NCBI GenBank assembly: GCA_965222375.1
Contig: CBDCTZ010000013.1
Coordinates: 96,001-160,000 of the forward strand
DNA length: 64,000 bases
Source: Polyangiaceae bacterium
Lineage (GTDB): Bacteria > Myxococcota_A > Polyangia > Polyangiales > Polyangiaceae
Reading direction: 5' to 3'
Part shown: positions 31,410-40,899 of the stretch, piece by piece
Layout: each line of letters begins with the position of its first letter
Numbering within the stretch: position 1 is the first letter of the stretch
Position numbers and translations under genes: made by a program
Notes under the pieces: model-generated
The model's input: only the letters and a program-made list of their open reading frames with translations
Told to the model about the DNA's origin: nothing
Database searches by the model: none

Positions 31410-32471
31410 TCACTGGGACGTGCCCGACCAATCGAAGTCGACCGCGACGGCTTCGTGGTCTGAAAGATCTTTGCCCGCAGAGTCCACGAAGCTCTTGTCC
31501 ACCCGCCAATTCTTGGGCGTCAGGGTCAGGGTCGCGTTGCCCCGGAACATGATGCGGTCGATGCGCTTGGGCTCCGCGCAGCCCAGCACGCGGCAGGTAT
31601 CTTGAAGCCCCGCCCCGGTCATCAGCGCCTGCAACATGACCTCGTCTTCGGCGTCTTTCATGTTGGTATCACCGACCACCAAAATAGGCATGCCGGTGGA
31701 TCGCGCCTTGATCGCGGCCAATAGCTGCTGCGTCTGCGCCTGACGAGCGTCGTAGTCTTCCTGCTTCTTGTGCCCCGCGTCCATGTGCAGGTTGTAAACG
31801 TCGATCCAGACGTCCTTGCCGAAGTGATGCAGCCCAACGGAAAAGCCCTTCTTGGTCAGGCAGTCACTGCCCGAATCGAAGGTGCCATGGCACACGTCCC
31901 AGGCCTTGCGCGTGAAGCCGGAGAATTGAAAGCGAGCCAGACGGTTGAGGCCGTCCCCCAAGGCGCCACCGGTCGACAGGGGCACGGACTTGAAGGTGTG
32001 GGTCACCTGCGAGATCAACTGAGCGTGGTAGCTGAAGTCTTCCTGCACGTAGACCAGATCAAAGGGATTGAGCTTTGGGCTGATCAACGGCGTGTTCACG
32101 ATCGGGTTGCCACCACTGATCCCCTGCGGCAGCCCCGCCACGTTGTACGTCAGCACGGAGAAGGTCCCACTCGAGGGCCCTGCGCCCCCGCTGCCCCCAA
32201 CGGCGCCAGCGCCAGCGACGCCTCCGGCTCCTCCGGTCTGCGCACCTGCGACGCCGCCGCTCGCGGCTCCAGCAACGCCTGCTGTGCCGCCCGCCCCCGC
32301 AAGGCCGCCGCCACCAGCCATACCGGCTACGCCCGCACTAGCGCCCTGGCCACTACCACCGCTACCGCCATCGCTGTCCGAAGATCCCGAACACGCCAGC
32401 GCCAGCGACGCCGCTAACCCAACGCAACCAAGCCCCCACCAACGTGCCCACGTCTTCGTCGAGCTAGTCAC
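31410..32471 (-). CDS. Endonuclease/exonuclease/phosphatase-family lipoprotein (sphingomyelinase-like)
   Basis: LTYNVAGLP, VQEDF, NLHMDAG, VGDTN, IDRI, LSDHEAV. Confidence 0.87.
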   Translation of the reverse strand: MTSSTKTWARWWGLGCVGLAASLALACSGSSDSDGGSGGSGQGASAGVAGMAGGGGLAGAGGTAGVAGAASGGVAGAQTGGAGGVAGAGAVGGSGGAGPSSGTFSVLTYNVAGLPQGISGGNPIVNTPLISPKLNPFDLVYVQEDFSYHAQLISQVTHTFKSVPLSTGGALGDGLNRLARFQFSGFTRKAWDVCHGTFDSGSDCLTKKGFSVGLHHFGKDVWIDVYNLHMDAGHKKQEDYDARQAQTQQLLAAIKARSTGMPILVVGDTNMKDAEDEVMLQALMTGAGLQDTCRVLGCAEPKRIDRIMFRGNATLTLTPKNWRVDKSFVDSAGKDLSDHEAVAVDFDWSGTSQ

Positions 32472-32528
32472 AGTATTTGGCTAGCATGAAATGTCCGCAG
32501 GGGCGCGCCGCGGCGGCCAGTCATCAAG

Positions 32529-32807
32529 CTAGGCAGTCGCCGAAGCGTGATCGCACAAGCGGGGTTGGCTCGTCATGGCAGAGCCGGACAATGCTTTGGC
32601 GCGCAGGGTCATTGTTGGAGCGTCGTACTCCGCCTCCACCGCCGCCATGGCACGGGTGCGCCGGTAGTTCGCCACCCAGCTGATGGCCTTGCCGCTCGTC
32701 CACATCACTCCCGCGATGGTGGCGCTCACGGCACAGCCTGCACAAACACCCATGACGCTTCCAAGCGTATCATCTGGCTGGCGCTCAGCCAGTGAGGTCG
32801 CGCTCAA
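32529..32807 (-). CDS. Small hypothetical membrane protein
   Basis: TTG start overlaps the upstream stop; one hydrophobic segment. Confidence 0.35.
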   Translation of the reverse strand: MSATSLAERQPDDTLGSVMGVCAGCAVSATIAGVMWTSGKAISWVANYRRTRAMAAVEAEYDAPTMTLRAKALSGSAMTSQPRLCDHASATA

Positions 32808-33346
32808 TCATCGTCGTCATCGTCCCGATCTTCTGTCTCAGCGTCGCTCGCGCGCTGCGTATCGGCATTCGCCTTGAACTCCGCCGCGGCTCCTGCGGGC
32901 ATGAACGCGTTGGCCGCACCGTGCTCGTACACTAGAGCCCCCCCCGCCTGCCCAACTCGATACCCCAGCCCCAACACGGCTAGGGTTCCCAAAACCGACA
33001 CAGCCGCGACCGCCCGAGCGCGCTCTTCTCGGCGAAATAGAAGCGCTCCCCCCGCAAGCAACAGCACGGCAAAGGTCCCCGCCATGAACACTTTCGCGGC
33101 ATCCTCGTGCTCGTCGATCGCCGCGTCCCCGACGAAGCGCTCCACGCGCTCTTCGTCGTGTTCTCCGGTTTGCATCGACGCGAACCCGCTGACCGCGAGC
33201 ATTATTTGCGCGCCCACCACGAGCCACCAGGCCCGCTTCGGAAGCGATCCACGCCTCCAGGCGAACCAAACGACTCCCGCCAGGATAGGCATGAGAACTG
33301 CTAAAGCGATGGGCAGGTGAACGATCTTGGGATGGAGCAAGTCCAT
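32804..33346 (-). CDS. DUF2231-like membrane protein
   Basis: LHPKIVHLPIAL, TGE..E, HE..A, GGALVYEHGAA; RBS AAGGAGG. Confidence 0.82.
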   Translation of the reverse strand: MDLLHPKIVHLPIALAVLMPILAGVVWFAWRRGSLPKRAWWLVVGAQIMLAVSGFASMQTGEHDEERVERFVGDAAIDEHEDAAKVFMAGTFAVLLLAGGALLFRREERARAVAAVSVLGTLAVLGLGYRVGQAGGALVYEHGAANAFMPAGAAAEFKANADTQRASDAETEDRDDDDDD

Positions 33347-33442
33347 GTGTAGCCTCCTTTGGCTCGAGGCTTTCAGGATGGGGGCGACGCGGTCGAAGGA
33401 GCCATCCGCCGAATGTGATACGCCAGCTTTACGAGGCGAAAA

Positions 33443-34024
33443 TTGAGCGACGCTCCGGCAGATGGCGCACAGCACACCCCCAACGAAGTCTGGCTAGTCC
33501 TGCTCTTCGTAGGGATCTCCGTGCTCGCAGGCTGGGATGTGCTGAGCGATCTGGCCGAGGGAACCACGCTGCAGCACGTCGCGGTGGAAAGTGTGGCGCT
33601 CGCTTTGGCCCTAGCTGGCGCCGTTTGGGCGGCGCAACGCTTGCGCGCGCTGCGTGCCGAGTCGCGGGAGCTTCGCGATGAGTCGAGTCAGCTCCAACAG
33701 CGCCTGGCTTCCGCTCGACAGGACGCCCAGCGCTGGCAGTCCGAAGTGCAAAGCCTGGTGCGAGGACTCAGCTCCGCCATCGACACCCAGCTCGAGAGCT
33801 GGAAGCTCACCGGAGCCGAAAAAGAGATTGCGCTGCTCCTCCTCAAGGGCCTGAGCCACAAAGAAATCGCGGCGGTGCGCCAGGTCAGCGAAGCGACGGT
33901 GCGGCAGCAGTCCCGCGCCGTGTACCGCAAGGCGGGCCTGAGCGGGCGCCACGATCTGGCTGCGTTTTTCCTGGAAGACTTGCTAGCGCCTGCCGAGCCG
34001 CCGGATCCGAACGCCGCGCGGTGA
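33443..34024 (+). CDS. Membrane-anchored LuxR-type HTH regulator
   Basis: Two TM segments, coiled coil, WKLTGAEKEIALLLLKGLSHKEIA..TVRQQSRAVYRK. Confidence 0.87.
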   Translation: MSDAPADGAQHTPNEVWLVLLFVGISVLAGWDVLSDLAEGTTLQHVAVESVALALALAGAVWAAQRLRALRAESRELRDESSQLQQRLASARQDAQRWQSEVQSLVRGLSSAIDTQLESWKLTGAEKEIALLLLKGLSHKEIAAVRQVSEATVRQQSRAVYRKAGLSGRHDLAAFFLEDLLAPAEPPDPNAAR

Positions 34025-34035
34025 CGCGACGACGC

Positions 34036-35325
34036 TCAGTCAACGTTGAGCAGACGACGCAGGATGTCGAAGCCTTGAACGAAATGCTCGAGCTTCGCCT
34101 GCTCGTTGGGCGCGTGATAGTAGGTGCTGCGCCCGAAGCCCGTTATCTGTACGTCGAAGCCGCGCCGCTGGAGATCGCGCACCAGCGGCAGCGAGCCGGT
34201 CATGCTGTAGGCGTTGGCTTCCTCGCCCCTGGCTGCGGTGATGGCCGCCTTGAGTTGTTTCAATCCCGGGGAATCCAAGCGGCAGGCAATACCCTCCATG
34301 GATCGCCCCTTGCGACTGAGCTTCAGCTTGCCTCGAACGCCGCCCACAGTCCGAGTCCGCGGAAAGCCTCTCGGCGGATCGTCCTTTTCAAGGCGCGCAT
34401 CTAGATCCTCGATGAACCCGATCGCGCCGCCGATGGCTTCTTCGATGTCATAGAAAGGCGTGAGCCGGATGTCGCCCTGCACCACGGCCGTGCCCGGCAC
34501 CTTGGTGATCTTGTTGTTGGGCACGTCGATGATGGTCGCCTTCAAGGTCGAAGACGTGACGAATCCCCAGCGCTCCTCGTCGGGATGGGGCGGAAACTTT
34601 GCATTGAACCAATGCACCAGCGCCTGGCTGGCGGCCCCACCGAGTTCGAGGGCATTCACGCAGTTGTGCGTCATGCCCGAATGGCCCGTCACTCCGGTGA
34701 CTCGCAGCTCCCACATCGCCGTTCCGCCGGTTCCGACGGTCGGGCCGAAATCTGCGCTGTCCAACCAGTAGATGGTGCCATCCATCAGATCATCGAGCTT
34801 CCCCTGGTCCACGACGTGGTCCAGACCAATCTCGGGCAACGGCGCCTCTTCTTCATTGGCGATGAAGACGACCTTTAGGGTTTGGGTCGGCCGCACGTTG
34901 GTCTCCGCCATCTGGGCAAGCAGATCCGTGACCACGGCCACGTGACCCAGGCAGTCCGTGACGCCGCGACCGTACAGAGTGCCGTCGTCCCCAACCCACA
35001 GGGCGAAGGGGTCACGCTCCCAACCTTCCTTCTCAGGATCTGCGGGCACGACGTCGAAGTGCGCTCCGACAAAGCCAACGATGCCATCGCCGGTCCCTTT
35101 GACCGTGAGCACCAGGCTCGGTCGGGCTTCGTGGCCCGGTGCTGCCAGGCTTTCGACCTCGATGAAGCCGGAGTCGATGTGCGGCTTCAGAGTGTCGAGC
35201 ACGAGCTGCGCAGGAAGGCGCTCCTCGGGGATGAGCGCGACGTCGGGGGAGTTCTGTAGCTTCGGAGTCATCGCGATCAGCTGTGTGAGCAGATCGACGA
35301 ATCGCTTCTGATTGAGGGCGAGCAC
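34036..35325 (-). CDS. M20-family metallohydrolase, acetylornithine deacetylase-like
   Basis: GAHFDVVPA, LYGRGVTDCLGH, ANEE, WLDSAD, GHSG, YHAPNE. Confidence 0.88.
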   Translation of the reverse strand: MLALNQKRFVDLLTQLIAMTPKLQNSPDVALIPEERLPAQLVLDTLKPHIDSGFIEVESLAAPGHEARPSLVLTVKGTGDGIVGFVGAHFDVVPADPEKEGWERDPFALWVGDDGTLYGRGVTDCLGHVAVVTDLLAQMAETNVRPTQTLKVVFIANEEEAPLPEIGLDHVVDQGKLDDLMDGTIYWLDSADFGPTVGTGGTAMWELRVTGVTGHSGMTHNCVNALELGGAASQALVHWFNAKFPPHPDEERWGFVTSSTLKATIIDVPNNKITKVPGTAVVQGDIRLTPFYDIEEAIGGAIGFIEDLDARLEKDDPPRGFPRTRTVGGVRGKLKLSRKGRSMEGIACRLDSPGLKQLKAAITAARGEEANAYSMTGSLPLVRDLQRRGFDVQITGFGRSTYYHAPNEQAKLEHFVQGFDILRRLLNVD

Positions 35326-35438
35326 GACCGCCAGAACCTGGTCCGAAGGCGCTGCGGGGTCAAATAAAACCGAATAGTGTCGGTGGCTTGGCTGCAGCAG
35401 GGCCGTCCTGCTGCCCCTGGCGGCTATGCTTCGGCGCC

Positions 35439-36200
35439 ATGCGTCCCGTGATTATTGGGGCCGGCCGTGGCAGCCGGCTCGGACCCGAAACGAACACAAT
35501 CCCCAAGACCATGGTGCCGGTGATGGGCCGCCCCATGCTGGACTGGATCCTCGACGCCCTCGCCGAGGTGGGCTTTCAACGGCGGGATGTGGTCTTCATC
35601 AGCGGCTACGCCGAAGACGTCGTACGTGGCCGGTATCCGGAATTCACGTTCGTGCGCAACGCGGATTGGGAGAACAACAACATCCTGCACAGCCTGCTGT
35701 GCGCCCGCGAGTACTTGCTTGACGGGTTCATCTCGACCTATGCCGACATCGTGTACGACGGCGAGATTGCCAAGAACCTAATGGCCAGCCGGGAGCACAT
35801 CGCCTTGGGTTGCGACACTGCCTGGCGCCGCCGCTACGTCGAGCGCAAGCAGCACCCGGAATCCGACGCGGAGAAACTGCGGGCAGCGAACACCCGCGTG
35901 ACAGAGCTCTCGCGCAACATTCCGAGTGAAGAGGCACAAGGTGAGTTCATCGGTGTGATGAAACTGAGCCCTGAGGGCGCTGGACAGCTTCTGGCAGCCT
36001 TCGACGAAGTCGCCGCTTCGCCACCCGAAGGCGAGTGGCGCGAAGGGCGCAGCTTCAAGAAAGCGTACCTCATCGACTTGTTGCAGCACATGCTCGAGCG
36101 GGGCGCCACCATGCATCGCGTCGACACTCCCGGCGCTTACATGGAAATCGATACCCTTGAGGACTTGGGGCACGCCAAGAAGTGGTGGGAAAGCCGCTGA
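35439..36200 (+). CDS. Phosphocholine cytidylyltransferase (LicC)-like nucleotidyltransferase
   Basis: GAGRGSRLG..PK, N.DW..NN, YADIVY, GEFIG, EIDT.EDL. Confidence 0.85.
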   Translation: MRPVIIGAGRGSRLGPETNTIPKTMVPVMGRPMLDWILDALAEVGFQRRDVVFISGYAEDVVRGRYPEFTFVRNADWENNNILHSLLCAREYLLDGFISTYADIVYDGEIAKNLMASREHIALGCDTAWRRRYVERKQHPESDAEKLRAANTRVTELSRNIPSEEAQGEFIGVMKLSPEGAGQLLAAFDEVAASPPEGEWREGRSFKKAYLIDLLQHMLERGATMHRVDTPGAYMEIDTLEDLGHAKKWWESR

Positions 36201-36976
36201 TGCTGGAGCGTTTGAACTTCGAGGGCGTGATTGAGGCCCTCGAACGCCTGGGTCCGCCAGGGCTGCTGGCCTTCGATGCGGATGGCACTTTGTGGAGCGG
36301 GGATGCCGGTGAGGACGTGTTCGTGCATGCGATTCAGGAGGGCTTTCTGAAAGAGGCGCACATCGAAGAAGCGCTGCGCGATGTGGCCCGGGACGCGAGG
36401 CTGTCTCCCGAAGGCAGCGTCGGCGAACTATGCATGAGGATTTTCGACGCCTACAACGCTGGCAGCTTCGACGAACGCTTGGTGTGCGAGGTCATGACAT
36501 GGTGCTACGCGGGCCACAGCGTTCAGGACATGCTGAACTTTGCCAAAGAAGCGCTGCATGGTGTTGCACCGGGTCGCGTGCCCCTGGCCGATCGCTTCAA
36601 CCCAGCGCTCGTGGCCATCTTGGAGTGGGCGCGTGGGCGCGGCTGCCGCTGCGTGGTTGTGAGCGCATCACCAAAGTTCGTTCTCGACGCCGGCGCCGCG
36701 CGCCTAGGCTTCGCCCCTGAAGACATCGTAGGTGCGCGACCCGTCCTGGACGGAGATCAGATCCAAGCACGCATGGACGGCGAGGTGCCTTATGGTCCCG
36801 ACAAGGCCGCCCAGGGCGCACTCCTGACCAACGGAGGCCCCTGGCTCGCGAGTTTCGGTGACAGCCAATTCGACATCGATCTGCTGCGCTGCGCGAGGTT
36901 GGCCGTCGGTGTCACGCCCAAGCCCACCCTGCGAGAGTCCCTGGCGCAACTCGATTTCTCCTGCGAACTCGTGTGA
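36200..36976 (+). CDS. HAD-superfamily hydrolase
   Basis: AFDADGTLW, VVSAS, K, FGDS..D; TGATG overlap. Confidence 0.87.
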   Translation: MLERLNFEGVIEALERLGPPGLLAFDADGTLWSGDAGEDVFVHAIQEGFLKEAHIEEALRDVARDARLSPEGSVGELCMRIFDAYNAGSFDERLVCEVMTWCYAGHSVQDMLNFAKEALHGVAPGRVPLADRFNPALVAILEWARGRGCRCVVVSASPKFVLDAGAARLGFAPEDIVGARPVLDGDQIQARMDGEVPYGPDKAAQGALLTNGGPWLASFGDSQFDIDLLRCARLAVGVTPKPTLRESLAQLDFSCELV

Positions 36977-37144
36977 ACGCTGGGCTGCGGGCCTCCCGCA
37001 CGGCGCCGGTCTGCCCGCGGGGTTGGCTTGTTGGTTTTTGGGGGTCGTGGCGTTGGGGCGGCGCCGGGCCACTAATCTCGCGAAGGGCCGAGCTTGGCGG
37101 ATGCACCCGTGGTCTCATCGACAAGATTCGCTCGGTATCCCTCG

Positions 37145-37480
37145 TCAATGATCCGCTACGCCGGGCGTATGCGCGTGCGCCCATTCCTCCGGCGTCGGGG
37201 GCGGGCCCGCGGGCTCGTCAAGTCGATAACAATGGGTTTGACCGTTGCCCGTGTTGACGCATCGGTAGTCGGCCCATCTTTGGCACCCAATGGCGCGCCT
37301 AGTGCCTACGGCCAAACCTACTACGTGCACCTGCTCCTTCGGACACCGGAGCTCCTTCGCGGCTTTCCCCCTGACCATGCTGCTCATGCCGCACGACAAG
37401 CAACTCACTGCCGCCAGGAGCAGCCAGGCCCAGCGTCGATAGTCCACGCAGGCTCGAACTGATTCAGCTCGTCCGAGCAT
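37145..37480 (-). CDS. Small hypothetical lipoprotein
   Basis: Hydrophobic stretch + Cys; AAKELRCP..GCQRWADYRC; true start probably downstream of 37480. Confidence 0.55.
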   Translation of the reverse strand: MLGRAESVRACVDYRRWAWLLLAAVSCLSCGMSSMVRGKAAKELRCPKEQVHVVGLAVGTRRAIGCQRWADYRCVNTGNGQTHCYRLDEPAGPPPTPEEWAHAHTPGVADH

Positions 37481-37483
37481 GGG

Positions 37484-38449
37484 TCAATCACCACTCAGCA
37501 CGGATGCGTGAAGCGACTCGTCAATCTTCCCGCCTGAAACCACCACATGCCCGGGCGACGACGGGCGAAAGAGGCGCCAGTCCTCCCCTGCGCTCCCCGA
37601 CGGAAATACCACCAGCCTAAGACCATCCGACAAGGAGAGCACCACTCCCCCAAAGTCATCGGCGTCGACGGCCTCGACAACGAGTCCGTCACTCTCGTTC
37701 GCGTACGATCGTTTCCCGGGAGCATAAGTCCCAAGCAACTCACCGATCCGGCGATCTTGCAGATTGCCCTGCTCGTAGTCCCACGCGTCGAAATCAAGTT
37801 CCTCCCTCGGATCGGCGGGCTCCCAGAGGTCCGACCGTCCTGTGACAATCCCTCGCGGCCCGTCAATCCGCCACGGACACTGAAGGTGCAGCACGAGTTG
37901 GCCCGAATCGCCACCGTCTGGCAGTGGAGTAACAAGGCCGAAGTGAAATCCACGAAGATCGGCGGCACGCCGTGCGATCGACAGCTTCTGGCCGACCAAG
38001 TGAGCCAGATGGCGCAGAACTTGGGCCTTGATCGTCGGTCGCGGAAGCCCGAGACCCATCATGGCCTCGTCCAGTTCTCCTTCCAGCAGCGGTTCGCGTG
38101 GGATCTCGTACTCCGTGATCGGCTCACCATCGTCGCCGAATCGAACCGTGAACCTTACACAGCGCTTTCTTGCGTGATCGAGCGACGTTGTGACGATCAT
38201 CTCCTCGAGAGGCCGCCCTCGCTCGGCCAAGCCGATGAAGAGATCGCCGGGGCCGCACTGCCAGGTTGGGTTTTCGATCCGTAGCCTCCGCAAGTGGGGC
38301 AACGCCGTCGTGTGAAAGAACCCGCGAAGAACATGGTCGTTCTGCCCCCACACGAACGCGACGCTCGTGTGCGGCTGCACAGACACGCTCTTGCAGAGCC
38401 GCGCACACTCTGGCCACGAGAGAAGTTCCGCCTCAGTCTTGGTTTTCAC
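37484..38449 (-). CDS. Hypothetical protein, apparently two-domain
   Basis: Protein-like C-half LVGQKLSIARRAADLRGFHFG..LHLQCPWRI..EDWRLF. Confidence 0.6.
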   Translation of the reverse strand: MKTKTEAELLSWPECARLCKSVSVQPHTSVAFVWGQNDHVLRGFFHTTALPHLRRLRIENPTWQCGPGDLFIGLAERGRPLEEMIVTTSLDHARKRCVRFTVRFGDDGEPITEYEIPREPLLEGELDEAMMGLGLPRPTIKAQVLRHLAHLVGQKLSIARRAADLRGFHFGLVTPLPDGGDSGQLVLHLQCPWRIDGPRGIVTGRSDLWEPADPREELDFDAWDYEQGNLQDRRIGELLGTYAPGKRSYANESDGLVVEAVDADDFGGVVLSLSDGLRLVVFPSGSAGEDWRLFRPSSPGHVVVSGGKIDESLHASVLSGD

Positions 38450-38787
38450 GGTGAACTCAGCTCAGAGATTCGGTGGGCTCTCGCTGATACCTCGAACAAG
38501 AACACTACACATCATTGCAGGCCGGCGCCATTGTCAACTCACCGGACCGGGACGCTTCAACCGGTTTCGTCCGCCCTTCAGTCGCCTGTCCTGCTCCGCG
38601 ATCGACTGCTTCGTTCTCATGTTTCGGGCGATCGACGCTTTGGGCGATGCAGGGTCTGAACGACCCTCGCCTTGGGGGCGTCGCGTGCCTCCGCAGATGA
38701 GCGCGCTACCGATGGGAAGGACGACTGGATCATCCGAATCCCACCATACTTCGGGTACGTCTGGGACCGTCAGTCTGCGCGGTGCCG

Positions 38788-39204
38788 CTATGCCTTCTTG
38801 GCCCGCGGTTTCTTGGTCGTCGCGACGGTTTTCTTCCGAGCCGTCTGGGACCGCGCCTTCTTGGCGCGGGGCTTCTTGGACGAACTTGCGGCGACTGCGG
38901 CTTGGCGAGCTTTACGGGTCCAGGTGCGGAGTTCCTCGGCGTCTTCCAGGACATGCAGGGGCACTTCGAAGTAGGGCATTTGGGAGTCGCCGCGGCCGGG
39001 GAATTGCCCCATGCCTTCGGCTTCGTAGTCGGGGCGGTTGGTGTCGTCGACGCGGAGGCAAAAGCGGCCCGAGCTGGTGATGATGGCGCAGAAGACTTCG
39101 TCGATGTAAACGCCAGTGCCGCCGAACATGCTTCGGGAGCGGATGGTGCCAGCTTCCTCGAGCTGGTCGAGGACGTAGTTGGTGAATTGAGATCCTTTGG
39201 GCAC
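38788..39204 (-). CDS. TfoX/Sxy N-terminal domain protein with Lys-rich tail
   Basis: RSMFGGTGVY, LRVDD, MPYFEVP..LED.EELRTW; RBS GAAGGA before GTG. Confidence 0.85.
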   Translation of the reverse strand: MPKGSQFTNYVLDQLEEAGTIRSRSMFGGTGVYIDEVFCAIITSSGRFCLRVDDTNRPDYEAEGMGQFPGRGDSQMPYFEVPLHVLEDAEELRTWTRKARQAAVAASSSKKPRAKKARSQTARKKTVATTKKPRAKKA

Positions 39205-39242
39205 GTTGCTTCCTTCTCTGTAGGTGGACTGGGCTCGGTCGT

Positions 39243-39619
39243 TCAAGCGCACAGCTTGTCGAGGAATTCCTTGAGGCTCGTCTTGTTCATGACCATGCTG
39301 GCGGCGATCTTGTAGGGATCGAAGTCGCGCAGGACGCCGTCAGCGACCTTCAGGCGAAGGAAGATTTTGCCGTCGACGATTTCGCCTTCAGCGGAGTGGA
39401 CGTCGATGAGGTATTCGGAGATGAAGGCAGCTAGGCGGGCGGGTAGGCACGGTCTTCTTCTTCGACTTGCTGGGCGTCGACCCAGATGCTCAAAGGTTCT
39501 AGGGCCTGCTTCAGATCGAGGGGCGCACCGGACTCGTGCAGACCGACGTCTTCGAGAAACTCGGTCAGCATGGGACGCGACTCCTCGATCACTTGTTGGG
39601 CTCGGGCGTCGTTGGTCAT
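39243..39619 (-). pseudogene. Frameshifted ~125-aa hypothetical gene
   Basis: Frame A MTNDARAQ..EEEDRAY stops at 39431; frame B continues ARLAAFISEYLID..FLDKLCA. Confidence 0.65.
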
Positions 39620-39942
39620 GCGCGGGAGAGGTTAGCAGCAAAGTGCCCAGCCGCGAGCGTCAACCTGAGCGTGGCTGCAGGCGCCCGTGCGTCACTTCAT
39701 AGGCGTTACGAGGTGTTGGGCTCCAGCGACAGGTGGCCCGGGTATCGCCGGCACAACTCGGAGCGGACGTGAAGATGGGTGGGGGCGGGGTTGCCCGACC
39801 CGAGATCGCGGGGGGCGGCCCAGAGCGGCCTAAAGCGGGAGTCGTGGCCCAAATCGGTCCAAAGACGCGACCCAAACCCAAGCGAACTAGGCCAAATAGC
39901 CTTTGACTTCACGCAGATACGACCTATATACGCATATATCCG

Positions 39943-40899
39943 ATGCGTCTTTTACTGGCGCTCCTCGTCGCTTGCTTTGCGCTGGCGTGCTCGCCTCGTG
40001 AGGAGGACGGCAGGGCGCTACGCGTCGGCTACTTCGCTCGGCTCACCCACGCGCCGGCGCTGACGGGGATCCAGAGCGGGCGCTTTCGGGATGCGCTGCC
40101 GGGGGTCGAACTGTCGGCGCATGGCTTCGAGTTCGGCAACGCGGCGATGGAGGCCATGTTCGCGCGCGAAATCGATATCGCGTACCTCGGGCCGAATCCG
40201 GCGATCAATGGGCACCTGCGTTCCGGAGGCGACATTCGTTTGATCGCGGGTGCGGCCCAGGGTGGCTCGGCGTTCATCGTTCGTCAGGCGGCGGGGATTG
40301 GGTCGGCCGCGGACTTGGCGCGCAAACGGATCGCGAGCCCGCAGATTGCGAGTACCCAGGACATCGCGTTGCGTCGCTATCTGCGCAAACACGGATTGGG
40401 CACCACCTTGGATGGAGGCAGCGTAAACGTGTTGCCCCTGGCAACGCCGTTCATCCTGTCTCTCTTTGCTCAGGGTGAAATCGACGGAGCTTGGGTCAGC
40501 GAGCCCGTGGCGAGCCAGTTGCTTGCGATGCCGGGCGCCAAAGTGCTGGTCGATGAAAAGGACGAATGGCCAGGCGGACAGTACACGGCGACGGTCGTTG
40601 TGGTCCGGCGGGCATATCTCGAAGCATACCCTGACAACGTGTGGCGCTTTGCGGGCGCCCACCGTCGCGAGATCGAGTGGATCAACGTGAAGCGGAAGAC
40701 GGCATTGTCACTGGCGCTCGTCGCGATGAAACAGCTGGCGGGGCGAGACGTGCCATCGGAGATTGCGAAGACGGCCTGGGCGCGGATCCGGGTAAGCGCC
40801 GATCCCCTTCCCCAGACCATTCCCCGACTGGCCGAGGATGCGCGGGCGGCACGTTTTCTACCTCCCGGCGATCTGAGCGGATTGGTGGTCACGCCGTGA
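39943..40899 (+). CDS. ABC substrate-binding lipoprotein, SsuA/TauA/NrtA family
   Basis: Lipobox ALAC; LRVGYFARLTHAPAL, IDIAYLGPNPAING, TQDIALR, IDGAWVSEP. Confidence 0.9.
   Translation: MRLLLALLVACFALACSPREEDGRALRVGYFARLTHAPALTGIQSGRFRDALPGVELSAHGFEFGNAAMEAMFAREIDIAYLGPNPAINGHLRSGGDIRLIAGAAQGGSAFIVRQAAGIGSAADLARKRIASPQIASTQDIALRRYLRKHGLGTTLDGGSVNVLPLATPFILSLFAQGEIDGAWVSEPVASQLLAMPGAKVLVDEKDEWPGGQYTATVVVVRRAYLEAYPDNVWRFAGAHRREIEWINVKRKTALSLALVAMKQLAGRDVPSEIAKTAWARIRVSADPLPQTIPRLAEDARAARFLPPGDLSGLVVTP

Noticed and set aside
38541..38590. Hammerhead-ribozyme-like core on the minus strand (CTGAAGG..GAAAC, ACCGG/CCGGT stem, GUC)
   Set aside because: Core reads CUGAAGG, not CUGANGA; stem II is 1 bp and stem I cannot pair
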